The notes under the pieces are model-generated. The model was not told the origin of the DNA. It made no database searches and saw nothing but the letters and a program-made list of their open reading frames with translations. A stretch of 64,000 nucleotides of DNA from Okamejei kenojei (lineage: Eukaryota): positions 15,314,001 through 15,378,000 of the forward strand of contig CM069161.1 of NCBI GenBank assembly GCA_035221665.1. Direction: 5' to 3'. This document shows positions 12,001-27,000 of this stretch, in pieces. Made by a program: the position numbers and the translations under genes. Numbering within the stretch: the stretch's first letter is position 1; every line of letters begins with the position of its first letter.

Positions 12001-15000
12001 TATTCAGGATAGAGCTCCAACACTTCAAATAAGCCTCTCAGATTGATGTATTGCAGATCGCAATAAGTCAATGCTTTCACATCAGCATTTGTTTTACTCA
12101 CTTGGCCCTTCGTTGAAAGATCTGCACCAATCAAGTCCCCTTTGCCTGCAAGGGAAAGCAATTCAGAAAATCTTCAAGTCCCTTAGACAGCAATTCATTT
12201 TAGACCCAAATCCTTTTGGAAGAGGCCAACTGAGGAAAGTAATATTGACCAGAGGTTGACTTGGAGTGTGCAGTGATCAAAAACAGGACCAGGAATGCGT
12301 TTCCTTTGTGAACCAGAGTTACATTACAGAATGATTTACGATTGGGTGAGATGTAGTGTGGGAGAAATCACACATGGAGCAAAGATAATGCAAAGGTTCC
12401 TTTCTGTCAAAAAGTCGATGGTTGTAAATAAAGTCTGGTGCCCAATTGTCGTCAAAGAAATTGAGAACTGGATATGAACTATAACAATTGTTATCTATAT
12501 TAATTTTTCAATTTCAATCAAACTTCAATGGTCATTCATCCTCATCTAAATATTTAGATTAAGTAGCACAATGAAGCTATATCCCTTGAACACCTACACA
12601 ATGCACAGGACCAATGATCCCCCATTGTGATCGAATTCCAGTTAAGGTCTTGCTATTAGAAAGCTACTGAGCAGTCGCCTGCCTCTTCCACACAGTGAAG
12701 GAGGTAGAATGCAAACATAAGACACAGCAGGATTGTGGGCAGAGTTGCTTGAACCTGATCCTCATTAGTTAGTGCATGATTGAATGTCTAACTGAGTGAA
12801 CATTTTTGTCTGAACATGTACTTTTTAATGTATTAATTCAAAGGATGTGGATATCACTAGCCAAGCTGGAATTGAATGTAATTGAACATGGAATTTTACA
12901 GAACAATCCAGCATCTTAGTAAACGGACAGATACACGCACAGACAAACAGACAGACAGATATATTTTTGGACTTTAAGGGAGTCGGAGATAGTGGGGACT
13001 GGCACGTGATAAAGATATTTAACAGCACCGTAAATATTTTTTTGAATGCTATAAAATCACTCAAGCTTATCAGGTGTTTCTAAATAAGACACAAAGTGCT
13101 GGAGTAACTCAGCTGGACAGACTCTCTGGTGAACATGGAGATGTGATATTTTAGGTCGGGCCCAGATTGAAACATCATGTATCTACGTTCTCCAGCGATG
13201 CTGCCTGACCCCCTAAGTTACTCCAGCACGTTGTGTCCTTTTTGGTTACCCAGCATCTGCAGTTCCTTGTGTCTAGACGTTTCTGAATCATCGGACCTTC
13301 TTCAGAGAGACCCTATTGTTGAGAAGAATCCAGATCCCATTTATAATTCACTGCTCAGGACCAATGATCTCTTGCTCATTGAAAAATGACATTGAAAGAT
13401 GAAAGGCAAAAATTAGCCAGTTTAATAATTGAATTTGAATTGGAGAAGGGAATTGTCTACTAGTTCACGAAAAATTGCATGATGTTCTCACTTTGCTGCG
13501 CATATTACATAAGCAAGGCAGTGAAAGAACTCATTTCCTACTTGCGTTATATAAACTTGTAGCTTAGCAACTGCAACGTGGGTTATCACTGCAAGAACAT
13601 AATGCATAAACAAAATAAACTAATTGGTGCTTTGGCAAAAATTTAATCTACTTCATGACCATTGTCATTCAAATTAAGATGGGAATATTTTAAATCGAGG
13701 AGGGTGCACTTTGTATCTGATTATCTAGAAAAATAAATCATCAGAATTGGAAACGAACATCAAAAGAGAATAATCTGGAACATTCTACTTAGGTGTGTAT
13801 CCTAAATGTGATGTTTGTTGAAAATGTGATTTTTCAAGCAGACTTGAATTCTATGGTTAAAAATAGGAATTTTTCTCACTTCAAAATTGTCAGCTTGGCC
13901 AAGTTTGTAGCATTACACTACGAGAATATTGCCAGGACTTGAAGGCCTGAGGTATAGGGAGAATGTCAGGCAAGCTTGGACATTATTTCTTGGAGCACTG
14001 GCGGCAATGATTTTATAGGGTGTATGAGATCATGAGGGGAATAGATAGCGTGAATGTACAGTCTTTTACCCAGAGTAGGGGAATCAAGAACCAGTGGACA
14101 TGGGTTTAAGGTGAGAGGGGCAGATTTAATAGGAACCTATGGGGCAACCTTCACACGGAGGGTGATAGGTATATGGAACAAGCTGACAGAGGAGGTAGTT
14201 GAGGCTAGTACCACTATAATAACATTTAAAAGACATTTAGACAGGTACATGATGCAATTAAGAATACTTGAGTTCAACAAACTAACTGAGTCAAAAAAAT
14301 TGGGCGTAAATACATTTAAGGCTGAGATTAAGTAAACAGACAGACAGATATATGTTTGGACTTTTAGGGAGTCAGAGATAGTGGGCACTGGGCTATAAAA
14401 TGGCACATGATCAATCATGATTTTATCGAATGGGTCAAGGGACCATATTATGTCCTTTTTTAGTTTCCTATGTTCTTAGCCTTAGCTGTTGACATTCAAG
14501 GCTCTGGAATTGCCATCCTAAAATATGTCTTCCTGCTGACTCTCTAACCCCCTTTTAAAAACGCTGCCCTTAAAACCTGCCCCTTTGACCAACCACATCC
14601 AACTAAAGTCAAAATATAAACCGTAACGTGAAAAGTCAAGCAAAGCTCAGACATTGTGAGACCTTACCAAGAATTGCCAACACCACGTTGTCCTTCAAAA
14701 CTTCCATGGAGCCTGAGCACACAAAGTAGTTTGCTTGCAAGGCGTCGCCCTGTCTGATGAGGTACTCTCCTGGGGCGCAGAAAGAGGTTTTGATGTGGAG
14801 AGACAATGACCTCAAGCATCCACGACTGGCCGATATAAAGAGAGGTAACTGCAGAATCTCCTTGTGTAGGTGCATGGCAATGTCGGCACGGAGCTCATCT
14901 GGGAAATCCCGTAAAAGCTGCAGCGAATAAAGTGACGTTTAGACCATAATTTTCCAGATGTATTTTTGACAAAACTAAATGGACATTCACTGTGATGAAA

Positions 15001-18000
15001 AATAAAGATATAATTTGGATAACACAGTGGTGCACCTAATAGACTGCTCTCAAACTCCAGCAACCCAGCTTTCATCCTGACATGTGACATCTAATGGTGC
15101 CCGAGTAGAGTTTGCATGTTCTCCCTGTGACTGCATACATTTTACCCCATGTGTAAACCCATGTGGGGTTTACACCCATATCATAAAGCTATATATGCTG
15201 GTAGGTCAATGGACTATTGTAAATTGTCCCTAATGTGTCAGGTGCAGCCAGCATACTCCTGCATGGGCATATTGAAGAGAGGGAGTGCATGAAGTCTGGA
15301 GAGGAGGGAGCAGATGGTCCCCCTGACCTACTTGCTTTAGTTAATACATGCATGGCCTTGCGGCATTATAGGATAAGCACATCCTAATCAGCGAGTCAAA
15401 AAACCTAATGGATTTTAAAAAGCTAAAAGACAGTTTTCAATTAAGAGTTTAATCATTGCTGGAAAGAGATATGACTTTCTTTGAAATTATCCCTGCTAAG
15501 GCAGGTATGTGCTTGCCACCTCTCCCGATTAGAGCCGTCAACATAGAATGAAGACAATGTACTCCAGTCTATTATATCAGAGATCTAAATTTGAATCTGG
15601 TCTAGCCAGTCCTATTTTCTTTTGACATGCAGTTGAGTTTGAGGAGTTTGAGAAACTTATCCATTTTTCAGCGCAAACAAAAAAATGACACGTCTTTGCT
15701 GATCTCTTTTAGCATGCAGATCTTCCAATAATTATTTTCTAATTGTCTACATAATTATTGTGTGAAAAAATGAGTTATACCAGTGCAGTGAGTAAAACCG
15801 TTCTTTGTTAAAGTATTAATGTGTTGGGTAATGTAACCAGAAGTTCAAGTAATTGTGTGGAAGATAGGTCCCTCCTAACTACTCTTTACCAGTTATGGCG
15901 GGACTGGAGGATCTTCATCTGGCCCTCATTGCTCCAAGATCACAATGAAGAGCACTGATTTTGTTCTTCAATCCCTTCTCCCTGCTGCTTCAACTCTCAC
16001 TTCCCATTCTCGGGGAGGATGCTCTATCTAAACCTGAGACTATCTGTTCAGCTGCCTTCTTTTTGGCCCTGGTCAAATGTCCTCTCAACCCACTCTAGGT
16101 CCTGTAGAATCAGCATTCTCCTCTCTGTGATCTATATATGTGTCTATCCCACTCATGAGATCCATCTGGTATTCCCTTGGGAATGCTCCTCTGAAATGTT
16201 GACCTCTTGCTGGATGGTATTACAATTATTTCGCCCTCCTCAGGAGCTGACCCACTCTAGAGGCAGTGTGAATTGAAATGATACACCATATCTGTGCTAT
16301 GGTAGATCTCACTTGCATCTTGAATGATGTACTGTATAGAATGGATCAGTTCATCAGAACACTGACTTCCTCTCTAACGTGGTAAAGAGACTTCTGGTTT
16401 GTCGATCAGACTGAATGAGTGTAAGGGAGGACATGTTCTATATTGTACCTCATTCGTATCGATCCCGTTATTCACTGACCAGGTGGTCTGGAAATACTCG
16501 AGCATTCGTTGCTTCAGGCTCTGCGGAAGGCAGTGAACTCGAATAAACTCTTTCAGGTCCTTCATGCGAGTGTGGTAGAGAGAGCGTCTTGAGTACATAC
16601 GTTGGATGATGGCAGTAACATTCCCAAACACAACAGCGTGCATCAGAGCTGGAAGAGGAAATGGAAGAGGTGAAACGGAAATCTAATTTCCTGATAAATT
16701 ATTCAAATAATTATCAGTTCGTGGCTTTTTGACTTTTGTTCCCCAATTATTTCCTGAATCAGCTGCTTTCAAAAGAATTATTGGAGTGAAATACAGGAAG
16801 CAGGGTCCCTAGCATGGCCTCTAATAACAGCAAAACCGATGAGGAATTTAGAGATTCAGGATGGTGTTGAATAATATGGCGATGATTTAAGGCATCAGTA
16901 TTAGGAAGAACAACATGCAATTGTACCTTTAACATCCTAAAAAGACCAAAGGCACTTCATATGACATAGTGGATACTGATACAAAGAATATGTGGAGGAG
17001 TGACAATAAGCAATATGGACAGAGGGCATTTTAATGACGGTTTTGAATCAAGAGACAGAGTTGGAATGGCTTGTGGTGTGAATTCCTGACTGAAGAGGTG
17101 GATGCCCCTGGTGAATTATATGAAGCAGGGCATGCACAGGAGGCTACAGGCAGAGATATACAGAGGTTGCAGAAGGATATATGGCTGGGGGAATGTTACA
17201 GATTTAGAGGAATAAGGCTATCTGTGGTTTTCAAAGTAAACATGGGAATTTTCATATTGTGTGTTGGTGAAAAGAGGGCTATCCGGTAAACGATCGATGG
17301 GTGGCTGGCCAATTAAATGGGGTCAGATGCAGAGCATATATGCTTTCAAATGGGATCACATTTATGGGCTTTTTTTGGCCTGCACATGTAGACCTAAATA
17401 CAGATTATGACGCTACACTCGATCTCTACTCTGTGAAGGTACACCTAATCTTTGCTCCATGAAGCTACACCTGAACTCTGTTCTGTATAAGTACACCTGA
17501 TCTCTGCTCGGTGAAGGTACACCTGATCTCTGCTGCGTGATAGTAAACCTGAACTCTGCTCCGTGAAGCTCCACCTGAATTTTCCCTGTGAAGGTACACC
17601 TGAGCCTAGGACTGTGCTTGTACACCCAAATGTGGGCTTGTGAATTTACACCTGAATTTTGGCCTGTGTGAGTACATCCAAAGTCAGGCCTGCAGGGGTA
17701 GACATAAAAGTAAATGTACGCCTATACTCAGGTCTTCACATGTATGTCTAAAGTTAGGCCTGTGCGGCCTGTGGGTCTGCCTACAAATGCCTGAATACAG
17801 ATCTGTTAATGTACACTCACACTCGAGCCTGCACATGATTTCCTGAACACAGGTCAGAACCTCAGTGCACAGATCTGGGGGCTGCATATATGCGAACTGG
17901 AACTCTAACCTGTGTTCCGCAGGCCTCAAGGTGAGAACGCTTGAAAAATTCCAAGAGGTGAATTTATTGAGTAAATAGATAATTCATAAGGAAATCATGA

Positions 18001-21000
18001 GTCATGTCATTAACTAGATACTTTTCAATCACTGCAATGAGCCAAAAGGAAAGTCAGCAGTGTATATATTCTCTCTTCTGCCTTTGTTTTTCACTTTTTT
18101 TTTTTCCGATTTGTCGATATTACATGGCTACACTTTGTCGTGGCAGCAGAATTGGAGTTGTGGAGTATGAAGCATCTTACTGCGGTGTCTGAGCCTTCAT
18201 TCATGTGGGACTTGTGTGATGGAACTATCTAGCCTTTACCATAGTTGCTTATATATATATATATATTTTTTTAGCAAACATGGCCGGACTCAATGAATTA
18301 CCCCCAATAAGCATAGTGCAGATTGAAAATATCTTCTCTGCGTCTGTGTTTGCAGAAACATTTCCGAAGCCAACGCTGGTTAGGCTGCTCAAGGTGAAGT
18401 AGAGGGCAGCAATGTAGGCACTTCGAACGGTAGGGCCACCCAACGAGTTATTAGTGTATGGAGTCTCCAAACGTTTACCAAGCTCGTTTAACCAACCTGG
18501 TGGAGAAAAACAATCAGAGGTCAGGAATTTATGTTTCAGACTATCTGAAAATTGGGCACACCAACACATATATATATATTCATATTGAAATCTGTTGGGT
18601 TCAGATACACTCAAAAACTGAAATAAATGCAACAATCTGTTTATTTCATCTTAAGTTTGATCAGAAATGAGAAACCTCCAATTATAATCTCCAACCTCTA
18701 TTATCCCCTCCCCACCTGGTTCCACCTATCGCCTCAATCATCTATCCCACACACATCATGTTTCTTCACAATCTTTCCTCTTCCCTCTCAGACAGAGTCT
18801 GAAACATTGCGTTGCACCTCTTGCTGCCACAGTTGATACTTGACCTGCTAAGTTTTTCCAGCATTCGTTTTTTTTTGTTTACCTGCATCTATACTAACAG
18901 CTGTAAGTGTAATAAATCAGAAAGTAGCAGATAGAATCGCTGCGGGTAAGAACTAAGATGGGCCACAAGACATTGGTGGAGTTTATATTCTAGTTATGCT
19001 GCAGTTAGATTGACCTCCATGTGTTCCCAAGGTCAATGAAAGGTCAAGGTCAACAAGGTTCTTAGCAAGAACCTCAGAGGTCAACAAGACCAAAAACATC
19101 TGTCCTATATTAAAACAAAACCTGTGACACTGAAGGCGACCCGAAACGTCACCTTTTCCTTTTCTCCAGAGATGCCGTCTGATCCGCTGAGTTACTCCAG
19201 CTTTTTGTGACACAAAGGCTTGTTTGCATGACACTTTACTTGACACAATAGAAAGTGAAATCCACATTTTGTTTGGAGTTAATGACATTGGCTGATAAAT
19301 CTACACATGAATATTGAATTATTATTCATCACCAGTGTCCCAGAGGATGATTGCACCTTCACTCCAGTCTGACTGAACCTGGTGCCGCTTTGTGAAATTG
19401 TTGATATCCTACCAGAAAGAAGGTTGATCCAAGCGCCAGGTTAGGGTTCTTCTGAGCCACAGCATGGCACTACCAAGGCTTTCAACAACAAACTAACTCT
19501 TCCAGTGATCACATATTTCAAATTAATACATAAATGTTGGTGGGGAAGGTATGTACAATTAGGCCCGGGTGTTCCTTGCAACAATGCAAGTTCCAGTAAC
19601 CTTCAACAGCCCATTAAACTATGTTAATTTTCATTAAAGCTGATTTAAGAGCATGAAATAAATTTGCTGAGACATTAACACTGGAGGTAATCTTGGAAAA
19701 CTTGGAATAAATAATTCATTTATGTTACATGACACTGCATTTCTGAGCGAATACCACTGAAAGCATCAGATTAATAGAATACCCATACATTCTGAAGTGC
19801 CCTAAGGAGAATAAACTGGATGTAATATTGAAGAAGGTAAAACTAAACATTAACAGTGAGCACTGGATAGTGGCATCAAGATCTTCGATGGGTAAATATT
19901 TAGGCAGGTTAAGTTCAAGGATATACCTATACGATTCAAAGCTTGGCCGCGACTTACCAATATCCCAGGTTTGTGGATCATTCATTGCCATCTCCCTCCT
20001 GCCAATGACGTACCAGATGCAGGCCATCCAATGAGCGAGCAGCGCAAACATTGACATGAGAAGTGTTAGGACCATGGCACTGTACTGAGAATAGCGGTCA
20101 AGCTTTTGCAACAACCGCAGCAGCCGCAACAGACGCACTGTCTTCAACAAGTGAACCAGAGAGGTCTGGAAAACAAACCAGAGCAGCCGATGTTTACTTT
20201 TGGATGACTTTTCAATTGGCCTCGTAATTCGCGTTGAGTAATTAAATGATCCGATCATTAAAATGACAAACATTGATGCTTGAAAAATATAACAAGAAGG
20301 AGCGGGAAGAATTTCTTGGTCCATCACATTTGGAGAGTAGATCTGTTAGCGGCATTTCTTTGAGCCATCTTCCTGCACCCTACCCGACTCGCACTCATTT
20401 CTCCCTTTCCCCCTCGCCTTCCACCTGCATTTCTTCCTCTGGCTTCACAATTTGCTCATCTTCTCTCTGTAACCACCAGCTCGCTTTGGGGAAAATTACG
20501 GATGGAAGATAAAGGCAGGTCTTGTGAGCAATTTCTACCTCTTGTGAATGAATAGTAAAAGGCCCCGGTAAGCCCAGAGTCTGCGCCTCAGCCACCAATA
20601 CTCCCTAAAGCGATGATCCTTGGACATCTTGTCCTGGTGAACTCAAAACCAGTATTTTGGCTGAGGAAATCATCCAATAGAATCCACCATCCTCTTCTCT
20701 TGTCGAGCTTCCAGGACAATCCATGCAGGTAATTGGTGAGCAAAGATATTTTGTGCAGGAACCTTACTGCAAGATAGAGGAGACAACTAAAGGCCCGTCC
20801 CATGGTAACATGTGGTGGCCCATCCCTCACAACACCAGGATCAAGGTAGAACTTTGCACTAGTGACACTTGGTGTTTGCATATCCAAGGTCTATGCTCAT
20901 CTTGATGCAGCCACATCAGGATGGGAACCTTAGTGGGTACAGTTTCCACTTTCCTCTGCAGATCCGTCTGCCAGGTCTCTTGGGACACAATCCATTTTTG

Positions 21001-24000
21001 ATCTCAACTTCCCAACTTTTCCCAAACGTTATCCAGCAATTACCTGTTTCCACATTAAATATCACTGATCACCTTTGCCTCAATCTCTGAATCATTACAA
21101 GTTGTCCCAAAAAGAAACTCTGCCCTCTATAGATATCCTACCAGGGCAATGTGATAAAGCAGAATCTATTTTCAGACCCACCCTGAGAAAGCATCCAGAT
21201 CGTTATTTATTCATATTTGCTGTCGTACCAGGCAGGCATTTGCCAAGTAGCAGCAGGCCTGAGAGAATTTGGAAAAACAACACTCTCACTCTCTTTAGAT
21301 TGTGAGTAGATTGTTATGGAATCATTACACTGAAACCTAGTTAATTATATGCATGTCAGCATAACAGATGTATAACAGTTATTTCCATCGTCTAATTGAA
21401 ACAATCCAATTGGGTATTTACTACAGAATAGTTCATAAGGTCCAAACCAAAGCAGATTTGAGTGAAGAATCCACTTGTTTTAGGAGAATCATGACACCAT
21501 CCCATGTTCTCACCTGTCCCCCACCAGTTGCTGCTTCAGAGGTCTGTGCCCATGTCAATGTTTCCATTCCTTCAATCAGATATCTGCTCCCACCACTCTA
21601 CCCAAGGGGCCCACATATCTGTCAGACAATGCAGCTTCTTTCATCTATGATTGTGGTAGGCCTCTCTTCCTCATCCTGTCTGGCATTATGACGCAGTTGC
21701 TGCTCCGTCTTCTCTCCAGCACCTCCCTTGTTTCTAGCTGACTGGGATTGCTCTTGTTTGGTCCCACTCTTCTTTATTGAACTGTATTTGCAATAATTTA
21801 TTTTCCACTGCTAACTCTGGAATCCCACAAGGGTATTTTTTTACTCCCTTCCATTTCCCATCTACATGTTATTCCTTGGTTGCATCATTCGAATCCATGG
21901 ATATTTTAAATGGATGTGATGCTTCTCAGCTCCAACACAGCTCCAGCTCTCCGGCACAATCTGCAGCCTTGTATTTGTCTATGCCACAGTCTATACCACA
22001 ACCACTGCCACCACTTCCAAACCAGTATTCTATCTAAGGCTACACAAGACCATTCATGGTGATCGTATTGGGAATGACACAGCTGAGGTTTGGAATATAT
22101 ATCCACTCCAGCACAAGATTGCCCACTTCCACCTGCGAAAATGTGCTCACCATTTTCAAAATTCATCTGCTCTCTGATATCCACATCCTTGCCTTTGTCT
22201 GTGTATGACTCTTCCATCTCAGTCCTGGTTAACCTCCCATCATCCACCCTACATAAACAGCTCACTTAACACTGTGCTATCTTAACTTGGTCTAAGTCTT
22301 ACCATTGATTATAGCTTTGCATGTTGACCTGCACTGGCTTCCACACAGTTAATGCCTCGGATTTAACATCTTATTCGTTGTCTTCAAATCTCTCCAAGTA
22401 TTTCCATTCTTATTTCTATAATCTCGTCCCACTGTAAAACCCCCAATCTCCATACTCACTGACCATTAGCCTTGATCTACATTTCTTTTGATGTCTTGTT
22501 TTCACACCTTACCCTTCCTTATCTCTGTCTCCCTCCCCCTGACTCTCAGTCTGAAGAAGGGTATTAATCCAAAATGTCACCCATTCCTTCTATCCAGAGA
22601 TGCTGCCTGTCCCCCTGAGTTACTCTGCGGCTCTCCACAGATGCTGCCTGACCCACTGAGTTACTCCAGCACTCCGTATTTGCTATATTCTATGCCCTGA
22701 CCTATGAAGGCAAGCGCGTTATTTGCTTTCTTCACCACCCTATCTACTAGTGATGCCAATTTTAGGGAACTATGGACTTGTACCGCAAGGTCCCCCTGTT
22801 CTTCAACACTCCTTAACGCCCTACGATTTACTTTAATGTCCTCCCTTCCCGAAATACATCATCCCGCACTTATCAGAATTAATTTCCATCTGCCGACGCT
22901 CTACCCAACTTTTACTCATCCTCATTTAGCTCTCTTCTCCCCCCCCCCCCACAACATAAATATAAACAATCATGCCTTTACTAAAGTTGTTATAAAAATG
23001 GATACAAATTATATAAATTATTCTGCATCTTATCCATTCAGAAAAACACAGACCTGTGGATCCAGGTAAAAGAGAAAATTATTAAATGCAACTTACCACA
23101 GTAATGTTAAAGGCATAGAGTAGATCAAATGGCAATGCAGCTATTAAATCCACAATAAACCACGTGGTTCCATAATGGATGCAGATAGATCGAGCATCGT
23201 AGACTACTTGACCTGACTGACTGACAAATGTGGTCCGAAAGTTCAGGACAATATCTGTTGGATAAAGAAAGTAAAGCAAGAAGTGTTAATGAAGAAAATA
23301 ACGTGTAAACCAAGCCTTCATAATTACAAATGATTTCATGGAAGATTGCATGTAACACCAATAATCTTAAATGTACAATAAGGATGATGGCATCTGCCAT
23401 GGACATGTTATGGTGGTAGCAGTGGATCTGGGCTGCTTACTAGGCTGGATTTAATATGGCTAATGAACACCAATCCAGCCTCCCAAGTCCGCGTGTGCAG
23501 GGCTTCAATGAAAACAAGTGGGAATTTAGTTACTGTACCCTCAAATGGTCACTGTCTTGGCTAACCATCATCTTCTATGTCAGTGATATTAACCTGGGGG
23601 TCGGGACCCCCATCGGCAACGTGCTGCTGGCCTTACTGTGCATATATAGGATCCTGCAGTAGGAGCAAATGAACCTGGGCTTGCAAGCACTAGGGCAAAA
23701 CAGTGGTGCAGCTGGTAGAGCTGCTGCCTCATAGCTCCAGAGACCAGGGTTCGATCCTCGCCTCGGATGCTATGAGTGTGGAGTTTGCATGTTCTCCTTG
23801 TGACCATGCGGGTTTCCTCAGGGTGGTCCAGCTGCCTCCCACATCCCAAAGATGTGTAAATTTGTAGAATAATTGGCCCCTGTAAATTGCCCGAATATGT
23901 AGGGAGTGGATGAGAAAGTGCGATAACATAGAACGAGTGTGAATGGGTTATTGATGGTTGACATAGAGGGCCAAAGGGCCTGTTTTCATGCTATATCTCT

Positions 24001-27000
24001 AAACAGGGACATGTGCTTTAGATGGAGCCTGGAATTTCATGGCTGCTTTTGACTCTCAAATCCATAATTGAATATTACAAACATTTTCAAGCAATTCACA
24101 AGAATCACGTAATATTGTATAGCCTTTGGTAATTTTTAAATTCACTTTCAAATGCAATTGCCACCTACGGTTCAGTGCAATATCTAGTAAATCAGTCAGA
24201 ATGCTTGGGAATGGAATTAATGGGAAATGAATGACCAAGCAACTGAATGACTTAAGGGTGATGGAAACATTAAAGGGTATGAACATTTTGTCACAATCAG
24301 TATATGTAGTGAAATATTATTAAATTAGTAAAATGGGCAAAATAAAAATGAACGAGATACATGTGTCAAGAACTGTTCAAGAAAACTGAACAACAGCAAT
24401 TTCTTGTTTTCTTTTTGCCTGAAGGAAACTTGGTCTATTGCGTTTTCAGGCGTAGTAATAATGAAGTGAAAATTTGCCTCACCGAAAATGAAAAGCATTT
24501 CCACGGCAACGTCACTGACGGTGGTGCTGCGGGAAGTCGAGGAGCTGTCCTCACTCTCCGTGAAGCAAACGTTGTAAGGAACGGTCACCGCGACGTAGAA
24601 CGTGGCCAGCAGGATAAGCCAGTCCCAGCCAGCTTTGAAGGTACTGTAATGCAGGAGGATGAAGCGGGATTTCTGGATAGATGCCACTTTGTACTCGGGT
24701 AGAGTAGGCTTACTTTCAAACATGTTCTGCCAAAGAAGAGATTGAATTAGTTTAATGAAGCAATAAGTTGCTCCAAAAGTTTTCAGCTTGCTTTAAAGGA
24801 TCGTAAATGTCACAAAGGCATTGAGGGGTGAGACCCTGGAGTGGTTTGGAACCAAAGCTTAACAAAAAACAGAGTAGGTAACAATCTTTTAAATACTGTC
24901 GTAGTAGCAACCTCTGGCAGCTCATTCCATATACCCACCACCCTCTGGGTGAATAAAATTGCACCTCATGCTTTATGTATTATAAGTAAATTAATTTTAT
25001 TATACTGCAACAAAATATATAAAATCACATAACACATTAGTCTGTTATATATTTTCTTGGTTTGTTAACATTGATTAATGTAGCTTGAAGATAATTTGCT
25101 TAAGTTTTAATTTTCAATGTTTCAGATTTTTTGCTTTAAGCTATTGCAGGACGTGAGATTCTTTAAACAAATCACACGCGGGCCTTCAGTTTTTAATGCA
25201 GACTAACAAGGGATTGTTGATGTGAAGCATAGCGTTCAAGATGGAATTAGATAAGCAGTTGTGGTGTGGAAAAGTACAGGTTCACAAAAAGAGCAGGGAA
25301 TTGGGATTAAATTAAAAGTTCCAGTGACAAACTAGCTCAGGCATTATCTCATTTATGTTACCTTATTAACCGCAATTCCCCTGTCCAGGGAATGCATGTA
25401 AACACTCATGTATAAAACCCTGCTCCCAATGGTTACAATCAGCATCATTTTAGAGTGCAGCAGAAGAGACCAAACTCCCTGAATACGTTAATTGGGATAA
25501 ACCTGTAGAAATTGTCAGAGTCATAGAACCATACAACACAGAAACAACACAGGCCCTTCAGCCCAACTCATCCATGCTGCCCAAGATGCTTTATCTAAGC
25601 TTGTCTCATTGCCTGCATATGGCCCATATCCCTTTAAACTTTTCCTATCCCACCCTGTACCTGTCTAAGTGTTACATTTTATTATTGTACCTGCTTCAAC
25701 TATCTCCTCTGGCAGTTCATTTCAAGTACCCACTACTCTCTGGGTGAAACGGTTACCCCTCAAACATGTCACCCAGTCATAGTGCAGCATACCTCTTGTT
25801 GCAGCATCAAGGGGATACATTGCAACAAATTGCCAAGGCCCCTTAGGCAATGAGGAGCCTTGCATTAAAAACAGTGGGTGCATATAATGCCACTACTTCA
25901 GAGTTCTGTCCGTGTTCTTGCCTAAGAAGGTGTTTCCATTCCTTCATCATCATTTGCTCTAAGAAGCTGGCACTCCCGACCCAAAGGATCTGTGCGACCA
26001 TCTTCAGCAGAGTGGCACAGTGCTATCAACTCTGGTGTTATGCTGCAATTTAATTATTGCTGTTCAATTTATGCCATTTTGAATGGGAATTGAAGTCTGC
26101 AAAATGTTGCATAATAAACCTAAATCAATGAAGGCACTTGCTGAAAATCTTAGATTTTATGCTAGAATGCCTATAAAGAAGCAAGTTAAACCCAGGGGCC
26201 TGCCATATACAATTTATGGCAAAATATACAATGCAAATTGTTTTTTATCTTCCTAAATATTAATCCGAAATATTAATCAGGTTCAGTGATTAAATATTAA
26301 TTCGAAATATTAATCAGGTTTTACCATAAGTTCCAAAGTAGATGTCACACATTTATTTAAACATAAAGGCTTTCTGGGCATAACAGCATGATTTGTGCAC
26401 CAAGGTATGAATGGCAGCAAGCAGGGGCTTATCAATAATGACCAGGTTTTACTTACAAGCATTGCAGACTGGGAGCTTTCAGTTTCAGTTTCCTGTCCAT
26501 TGAGAACATGCAAATGGAGTAACAATGAAGAGTAAGTGAGGAACCAACATCGACTAACAGGAGTCACTCACAGCAACACATCAGCAACAAACAAGGCAGA
26601 GAAAGATTTTTAAAAAAGGACACATATGATGTTTTTTACAAGGATTCACAGGCAACGTTTGATCATGCATGATGGGGTTGTGACCAGGCACAGTCCAGAC
26701 ATTAATGGAACATTGACGAACTGAAGATAGACACAAAAAGCTGGAGTCATTCAGCGGGACAGGCAGCATCTCTGGAGAGAAGGAACGGCTGACGTTTCAG
26801 GTCGAAGCCCTTCTTCAGATAGACACATTCCTCTCCAGAGATGCTGCCTTTCTCGCTGAATTATTCCAGCTTTTTGTGTCTATCTTCAGTTTAAACCAGC
26901 ATCTGCAATTTCTTTTTACACTTTGCAAACAGAAACTCTTTCCAATTAACTCAAACCATCTGAGTCAATAAAATAAAAGTGCTAGAAACTTTATTTAATT

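Noticed and set aside
17414-17900. CRISPR-like array
   Set aside because: Contiguous degenerate units without unique spacers, in a vertebrate intron, with no cas genes.
23697-23770. tRNA gene
   Set aside because: A/B boxes belong to a SINE head that continues into SINE core and tail; no full cloverleaf.
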